Below, in pieces: positions 34,724 to 40,540 of a stretch of DNA of 64,000 nucleotides. The first letter of the stretch is position 1; the number at the start of each line of letters is the position of its first letter. Source of the stretch: Gammaproteobacteria bacterium. GTDB lineage: Bacteria; Pseudomonadota; Gammaproteobacteria; UBA4575. The stretch spans positions 547,340 to 611,339 of the forward strand of contig OZ251487.1 of the NCBI GenBank assembly GCA_965242685.1, read 5' to 3'. A model generated the notes under the pieces. It was not told the DNA's origin. It searched no databases and saw only the letters and a program-made list of their open reading frames with translations. The translations under genes were made by a program, and so were the position numbers.

Positions 34724-36176
34724 GATAATGAACCCCGCCCCGTAATACGTGTCGCACTACCTTGGTTTTTTTTTCTTCGGGGTAGTGCTCTATGTGCGAT
34801 GCATTATGCACGGAGGTGAACTCGGTCAGTACTTCACCATCGGCAATGCGTACTTCAATAGCCTTTCCATCATTGGAGAACGTGATGATAACCCGTTTTC
34901 TGTCGGGGGAGATAGAAATATGTCCCCTGTTCATGGTGAACAGATTTTTTATGGATTCGGGGGTTGTGTCACTTGGGAAGATGGTGGTCTCCCTGCCATC
35001 TTTCAGGTCAACCATAAGCAGCCGCGAGGCGTCGTATTTTCTTCCTCCCAGGTTGTCAAGCATGAGAAATTTTGAACCTTCGAGATGCGTAACGCTGTGC
35101 TGGGCAAAGAAACTGCCGCGTATAAACCGTTTTAACCGGTAATTATTGCGGTCAATGATGCCGAAGGCATTCAGGTCCCTGAGGGAAACCACAAGATCTC
35201 CCGGTTTCCCCCCGTCAATCTCTGTGGCGTCTTCTTGCAATACGTGCACAAAATTGAGATGAATGGGATCACAAGGGTAGGGGACGCTGAGTAGAATCAG
35301 TGCATACGGGGATTTAAGAAGCGCATCGAAAACGGGAATCTCTTCCAACATTTTTCCTTCCCCGTCAATAATGCGAACGATATCCATATAATATTTTTTC
35401 GCGCATTTCATTTTAAATTTGTTTACATGGCCCGTTGAAGGAAATCCCGCCTCTGCCAAAGGTTTGTTGGGACTGACATAGTGGCGGCCTTCGCCGATAC
35501 GAAAGCCGGGTACCAGGGCCACGTCGCCGTCCACCAGATAGGGCATATGATGACTGTAATCTTGGCGATACCAAACGATTTGGCCGGCACGGTTTACGCG
35601 CGCAACGCCGTAGCTATAAGGGAAGGTTTTTGTACTTTGCATGGCAATCAGCAAGTCACCGTTGGAGTACTGCGCGACGCCGGATATATCCACGTGTTTG
35701 GAAAATGAGAAAGTAGGTAACTTTTCGTGGGAGAAGTAAACGATAGGTTTTGTATCGTCTAGCTCGTTCAAACGATAAGGATAGGCGTGTACTACTTTGC
35801 CCCGGCCGGCATACTCGACCGCAAGGCAGCCCGTGTAGCCGGGACAATATTCGACAAATTGCCCGTCTCCTCCCGAAAAAAGGACCGGATCAATAAGCTT
35901 GCCACCAGAAATAAATCTGATATGGTGCGATGCGACGCTTTCAGGAGGGATATCTACAAACTTCGACCATGTGGGGAGGGGGCCTTTTAGGTTTTTTTCT
36001 TCGGGCGATTCGATCAGGTTCGAGGCGGTTTTTTGGACGGCGGACAAGACGTTGGATGGGAATATCTCCTGCTGTTGTACGACCATGCCGGCGATGAATG
36101 TCGTCAGCGCGATAGAAATAATAAACGCGGGCAGCGGTGCTTTTTCCCGCAGCCAGTAACAAGATTTCTTGTACAC
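34710..36176 (-). CDS. membrane-anchored arylsulfotransferase (ASST)-like beta-propeller protein, copy 2
   Basis: Paralog of 33212..34723 with the same motifs. GTG start. Contains an A9 run (T9 on the plus strand, 34766..34774) near its 3' end. Confidence 0.5.
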   Translation of the reverse strand: MYKKSCYWLREKAPLPAFIISIALTTFIAGMVVQQQEIFPSNVLSAVQKTASNLIESPEEKNLKGPLPTWSKFVDIPPESVASHHIRFISGGKLIDPVLFSGGDGQFVEYCPGYTGCLAVEYAGRGKVVHAYPYRLNELDDTKPIVYFSHEKLPTFSFSKHVDISGVAQYSNGDLLIAMQSTKTFPYSYGVARVNRAGQIVWYRQDYSHHMPYLVDGDVALVPGFRIGEGRHYVSPNKPLAEAGFPSTGHVNKFKMKCAKKYYMDIVRIIDGEGKMLEEIPVFDALLKSPYALILLSVPYPCDPIHLNFVHVLQEDATEIDGGKPGDLVVSLRDLNAFGIIDRNNYRLKRFIRGSFFAQHSVTHLEGSKFLMLDNLGGRKYDASRLLMVDLKDGRETTIFPSDTTPESIKNLFTMNRGHISISPDRKRVIITFSNDGKAIEVRIADGEVLTEFTSVHNASHIEHYPEEKKTKVVRHVLRGGVHYLDRR

Positions 36177-36248
36177 TATGCCGTATGATTTGAAGATGGA
36201 AGGTATAATTTATTCTACGTACCCGGCAAGTATACAGTAGCTATAGAA

Positions 36249-37202
36249 GTGAGTCATGTAATGCCTCCATGGAAATCTCCGGCCAAGAAGCGATGGGTAT
36301 TTCTGTCGGTTAATCGCTACCGACTCTATAAATACGGCATCCCCGTCTTTTTGGTTTTTTACCTGTTTATGGTGGGGGTGGGTGGTACCGTCGGAGATCG
36401 TAGAGTGGAAGTAATTCCATTTTTCTCATGGAAACTTTTTTCAAATACCCCTTCCCAATGGCAAAGGGTAGACTCTGCCGTTATAGTACATTCGATAGAG
36501 GGTCGGCCGGTCGCCGAACGTTACTTGGTGCCCAATGACAATAACCTGGATCGGACGGTGCTTAGGATCACTGTCAGAAAGTGTCGTTATCACTTTGACG
36601 AATGCAATGAAATCGTAAGGCGGCACCTTTATCCAATTGTCAACAGACAGGCGCAAAGCAACAATGTTGAATTTAGCATCGTAACAGTGAGCGTCGACCT
36701 GCGCGAGGTGCAAAAGAACATCGACAATCTTTCGCGGGGAGAGACAAAAGTAGATGATTATTACCGAAGGGTAAACGTACTTGGTCGCTGGACGACGGGT
36801 GCGGGTAATTCCGGCACGAACTTTTTTCAGTTCCCGCCGCCGGGAGATGAAAGATGGAAGGATATTACATCCTACGTCGATAAATCAAAGCCGATAATCA
36901 ACGCCTATTTCGATGTTTATTTATATGAGAGGGCGTTGATATACGTCCGGCGTGCCTGCCGGTCGTCCGATTTGGCAAATCGTTTCTTTTTGCACACCTG
37001 GCCGGTGGATGAAGGACTCCGGGACGGTTTTGAAAATCTTGATTTTAAATTCATGGACGTTTACTTCAGGATGGTCGGTGAAGAATGTATGGTGGTTCGC
37101 AGTCTCCCTCAATACACCGTTGATCGTATTCGTACCGGCCAATTCAAATCTGGACGAGTGGTTTGGGAAGGTGCCGCCGACTTTACCAACCCGCAAAAAT
37201 GA
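36249..37202 (+). CDS. hypothetical membrane-anchored protein
   Basis: 317 aa with one N-terminal TM helix and no motif I can name. Its stop overlaps the next start (ATGA). Confidence 0.5.
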   Translation: MSHVMPPWKSPAKKRWVFLSVNRYRLYKYGIPVFLVFYLFMVGVGGTVGDRRVEVIPFFSWKLFSNTPSQWQRVDSAVIVHSIEGRPVAERYLVPNDNNLDRTVLRITVRKCRYHFDECNEIVRRHLYPIVNRQAQSNNVEFSIVTVSVDLREVQKNIDNLSRGETKVDDYYRRVNVLGRWTTGAGNSGTNFFQFPPPGDERWKDITSYVDKSKPIINAYFDVYLYERALIYVRRACRSSDLANRFFLHTWPVDEGLRDGFENLDFKFMDVYFRMVGEECMVVRSLPQYTVDRIRTGQFKSGRVVWEGAADFTNPQK

Positions 37203-38185
37203 CAAGGCCCTTTATGTATAGACGATTGCGGTTGTTTTTGAAAATTGACGCGGGGCCTCCACGCCGCCTGTCGGACTTTCATCATGCCGCCGTCGGCGTA
37301 GTCTGGATCGCACGTTGTTTTTATTTGTTTATCGCCTTTTTGATGAATACAAGCTACCTTCATCTCTCCGAAGCCTTACAGCAGGGGAAGCCGCCGCTAC
37401 CCTTGTGGCCGATAGATATACTGAACAGCCTGCTGGGTACGGGATGGGTAGAACAGCTGGCCGGGTTACCCATTATTCCTGTCGTCTGCTCCCTCATCGG
37501 CCTGCTTGCCGTCGTTTTCCCCGGCAGCGTCGTTTTGCGTATCGCTATTTTTCTGTATCTGCTGGTTGTCACGGCATTGCGATATTCCTACGGAGGCCTC
37601 AATCATTTCACCCACTTTTTCATCTACGTCAGTTTTGCATTGATATTTTTACCGTCCGCGATCAGTGATCCGCGGCAAATGTCGCGCCGGGACGCGATGC
37701 ATTGCAACATGGTCTTTTGGTTTACGCAAAGCATCCTGTTGCTTTGTTACTTTTTGGCCGGTTTCTGGAAGATCTGGGATAGTGGGCTTGAACTTTTGTC
37801 GCCAGACGGCTTTGTCAGAATTCTGTTGAGCCGCATGGTAGCCGACATATGGCCCGTTCCGTTAATGGCGCCCCTGCTGGTGAAGCATGAGGTTCTTGCC
37901 CAGCTTGTTTTTCTTGCCGTGGTCTATATACAGCTTTCGGCGATTTTTGTATTGTTTAGGCCGCATTTGCATCGGCTGTTTGGCGTTCTGCTGATTCTTT
38001 TCCACTACGGAACCGAATGGCTACTCAATATTGCCTTTTATGAATTTACGGTTGTCCTGGGCTTGTTCATGGTGTTTTCGCCTTTTGCACCGCGAAGATT
38101 TTCGTGGCTTGGCACGGTGCAGTCGCTACCAGTGCTCGGGTTTCCTTTTCGGTTGCGGGGGAAGGTTACTTCCAGTGGTGCGTAA
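37199..38185 (+). CDS. polytopic membrane protein (possibly HTTM/DoxX-like)
   Basis: Start taken at the ATG in the ATGA overlap (37199). About 8 hydrophobic helices. 'YGGLNHFTHFFIYVSFALIFLP' is reminiscent of HTTM-domain proteins, but this is a weak assignment. Confidence 0.45.
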   Translation: MTRPFMYRRLRLFLKIDAGPPRRLSDFHHAAVGVVWIARCFYLFIAFLMNTSYLHLSEALQQGKPPLPLWPIDILNSLLGTGWVEQLAGLPIIPVVCSLIGLLAVVFPGSVVLRIAIFLYLLVVTALRYSYGGLNHFTHFFIYVSFALIFLPSAISDPRQMSRRDAMHCNMVFWFTQSILLLCYFLAGFWKIWDSGLELLSPDGFVRILLSRMVADIWPVPLMAPLLVKHEVLAQLVFLAVVYIQLSAIFVLFRPHLHRLFGVLLILFHYGTEWLLNIAFYEFTVVLGLFMVFSPFAPRRFSWLGTVQSLPVLGFPFRLRGKVTSSGA

Positions 38186-38249
38186 GAAGATTTATGCCAA
38201 TGTGTAACCTGCCACGGCACGGCTTTGTTGTGGGCTTCGTTTCGATACC

Positions 38250-39305
38250 ATGAAGACGTCATCAGGATCGGTCGGGTTACCGTGGTTGATAACGTTGGCC
38301 GCCTTAGTAGTTGTGATCGCCGGCATGCGCGCGGCGGAAGCCATCGTAGTGCCTTTTTTATTGTCGGTGTTTATCGCGGTGATCAGTGCGCCGGCGCTGC
38401 TGTGGTTGGAAGACCGGCGGGTCCCCCGTTGGCTTGCCATGATAATCGTGTTGGGCGTGATCATCGTGGCGGCGGCGGGGCTGTCCATGCTGATCGGCTC
38501 ATCCATCAAAGACTTTTCCCAGGCCGTCCCTCAATATCAACAACGGTTGTCGGATTTGTTGACGCACGTCAATAGCCGGGTAAGCCGGTATGGTATTGAT
38601 CTATCGGGCATCCTGCTTGACCATCTCAATCCGGCGGCCGCGATGAAGCTTGTCGCCGACTTATTGAACGGCCTGGGAGCAGTGTTTGGAAACGTCTTTC
38701 TTATACTGCTGACGGTAGTATTTATCCTGTTTGAGGCCTCTTCGGTGCCGCACAAGCTGCGTGCCGGCCTGTCCAATGCGGATGAATCGCTCGACGCCTT
38801 TAGCGTCATCGCGGCTAAGATCAATCGGTATCTGGCGATCAAGACGGCTACCAGCTTGGCAACGGGAGCAATCGTAACTATTGCGCTGGCTGTGATAGGA
38901 GTGGATTATCCGTTGCTGTGGGGCGTTATCGCATTTCTGTTCAACTACATTCCCAATATCGGTTCGATCATCGCCGCCGTGCCGGCGATATTGCTGGCGT
39001 TGATTCAACTGGGTGGCGGCGAGGCATTGGTAACGGCCGGCGTGTACGTGGTCGCCAACGTGTTGATCGGTAGCGTAATTGAACCTCGAATGATGGGTAG
39101 GCAGGTGGGTCTGTCGACGTTGGTGGTGTTTCTGTCGCTGGTTTTTTGGGGGTGGGTGTTCGGGCCTGTCGGGATGTTTTTGTCGGTGCCCTTGACGATG
39201 ACGGCGAAGATCGCGGTGGAGAATAATCCGAAGATGCGCTGGTTGGCGGTGTTGTTGGGGAATGAGTTAGCCGGGCGGCCAACTGAACGGGCGGCCGGCG
39301 AGTAG
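38250..39305 (+). CDS. AI-2E family (PerM/UPF0118) transporter
   Basis: 351-aa polytopic protein with 'FNYIPNIGSIIAAVPAILLAL' and 'FWGWVFGPVGMFLSVPLT'. Confidence 0.8.
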   Translation: MKTSSGSVGLPWLITLAALVVVIAGMRAAEAIVVPFLLSVFIAVISAPALLWLEDRRVPRWLAMIIVLGVIIVAAAGLSMLIGSSIKDFSQAVPQYQQRLSDLLTHVNSRVSRYGIDLSGILLDHLNPAAAMKLVADLLNGLGAVFGNVFLILLTVVFILFEASSVPHKLRAGLSNADESLDAFSVIAAKINRYLAIKTATSLATGAIVTIALAVIGVDYPLLWGVIAFLFNYIPNIGSIIAAVPAILLALIQLGGGEALVTAGVYVVANVLIGSVIEPRMMGRQVGLSTLVVFLSLVFWGWVFGPVGMFLSVPLTMTAKIAVENNPKMRWLAVLLGNELAGRPTERAAGE

Positions 39306-39608
39306 GTGGACGTGTAGGTGGAAGACGGTTTGGCCGGCGTTGGCGCCGTTGTTGATGGCTACCCGGTAGGCGTCGCCGCAGCCTAGCTGATCGGCGATGT
39401 CCCGTACCTTTAGGAGTAGGTGGCCAAGCAGGGCCTGGTCTTGGTCGTCGCAGTCGGCGAGTTTGGGGATCGGCTTCTTGGGGATGACGAGTATGTGTGT
39501 CGGGGCTTGGGGGTTGACGTCCTTGAAGGCGAGGCAGAGATCGTCCTCGAAGATGATGTCGGCGGGGATGTCGCGGGCGATGATCCGGCTGAAGATGGTG
39601 TCACTCAT
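39267..39608 (-). CDS. HIT-family (HinT-like) nucleotide hydrolase
   Basis: 113 aa with the histidine triad 'HLHVHLLAG'. Confidence 0.88.
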   Translation of the reverse strand: MSDTIFSRIIARDIPADIIFEDDLCLAFKDVNPQAPTHILVIPKKPIPKLADCDDQDQALLGHLLLKVRDIADQLGCGDAYRVAINNGANAGQTVFHLHVHLLAGRPFSWPPG

Positions 39609-39822
39609 GCGGGGATCGTATCATCTTTACTACGGCACTAAAAGGCGGGGGATAATGGGATTTTAACGGGATATTTCGGGATATATCGGGATGGACGGAA
39701 AAAAGTTAGAAATTACTTTATATTTGTTTTGTAGGCATGGGATAGGCAGAGAAAAGTTTAGATGATGTGAGATGAGTGAGATGGATTGAGATGGATTCGT
39801 AGGGAACCTTACAGGGAAGTTT

Positions 39823-39897
39823 CACAGCGAACCTTGCAGCGAATTTTCACAGCGAACCTTGCAGCGAATTTCATAACGGACATTGCAGCGAATTTTA
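39823..39897. repeat. three tandem copies of a ~25-bp unit (cacagcgaaccttgcagcgaatttt)
   Basis: Copies at 39823..39847, 39848..39871 (near-identical) and 39872..39897 (diverged). Read directly from the sequence. Confidence 0.85.
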
Positions 39898-40302
39898 CAA
39901 CGACAGGGGGGGTTTGCCGGCCTTGGCGCGGATCCAGTTGAGGGAGTTGAGCACCGAGGGCATGGCGACGAGTCTTTGTTCGAGGGCGTATTTGCCCGGA
40001 AAGTCTATCAGGATCAGGCCGATCAGTATGGTTAGCAGTCCCTGCCCCGGGGTGACCAGCATGATGACGCCCAGGCAGACGAGGGCGGCGCCGAGCAGGT
40101 TTTTGATGACGGCGAGGCAGCGGGCGGCGGCGGATCGATGGACTGCCGAGTGAAGTTTGGCGCGGTAGTGCGGTTGGAAGTAGTCGGCGGGGATCTTGGT
40201 TACCAGCCACGGGATGACGGCGAGGCTGACGATGAACAGCAGCAGCGATCCCCATGCCAGTGCCATCAGCAGTTGCTTGTATTGAAATAAGAAGTCGAGC
40301 AT
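39895..40302 (-). CDS. small membrane protein (PGPGW-like?)
   Basis: 135 aa with three hydrophobic helices and 'VTPGQGLLTILIGLILIDFPGK'. The family call is tentative. Confidence 0.45.
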   Translation of the reverse strand: MLDFLFQYKQLLMALAWGSLLLFIVSLAVIPWLVTKIPADYFQPHYRAKLHSAVHRSAAARCLAVIKNLLGAALVCLGVIMLVTPGQGLLTILIGLILIDFPGKYALEQRLVAMPSVLNSLNWIRAKAGKPPLSL

Positions 40303-40540
40303 TCAATCGTTGTTTGTATTTCGAGGAAAGGATACATCATTTGGATACACGCTACCCGCCGAGTGACCAAGCGAGTGGGGAAATAATTATCGTTTACGCG
40401 TATTGACACAAGGGGAAGATCAAGCGACCAAGCGGGGAGCGGTAGTCGCCGTTCCAGTGCAAGAGTTTGGGGCGAAGTTGGGCTGTAAAGGTTTAAGAGT
40501 TGCACTATACTTCCACACTACATGACGTTCACGCTACATT

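Larger units (their letters stand above)
33207..36203. repeat. head-to-tail tandem duplication, two units of ~1.5 kb
   Basis: Matching shadow ORFs in the track sit at a constant 1495-nt offset (33297/34792, 33986/35481, 34292/35787, 34404/35899). Similarity decays at ~33207 and ~36203. Confidence 0.9.

Noticed and set aside
39792-39812. 'tggattcgtagggaacc' as a possible second copy (att site) of the tRNA-Ser T-arm 'gggattcgaacccacgg'
   Set aside because: Only a 7-nt core (ggattcg) matches and the rest diverges. That is too short to support an attL/attR pair.
39823-39897. Tandem repeats here and at 56123..57329 as possible CRISPR arrays
   Set aside because: The 25-bp units are directly abutting, with no spacers. 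The 56-57 kb units are gene-sized coding repeats. No cas genes are present.
39809-40306. 165-aa Arg/Pro-rich minus-strand ORF overlapping the 135-aa membrane-protein ORF
   Set aside because: It is an alternative frame of a GC-rich region with extreme R/P/Q composition. Its C-terminus is simply a translation of the 25-bp tandem repeats. The hydrophobic 135-aa frame is the more protein-like reading.
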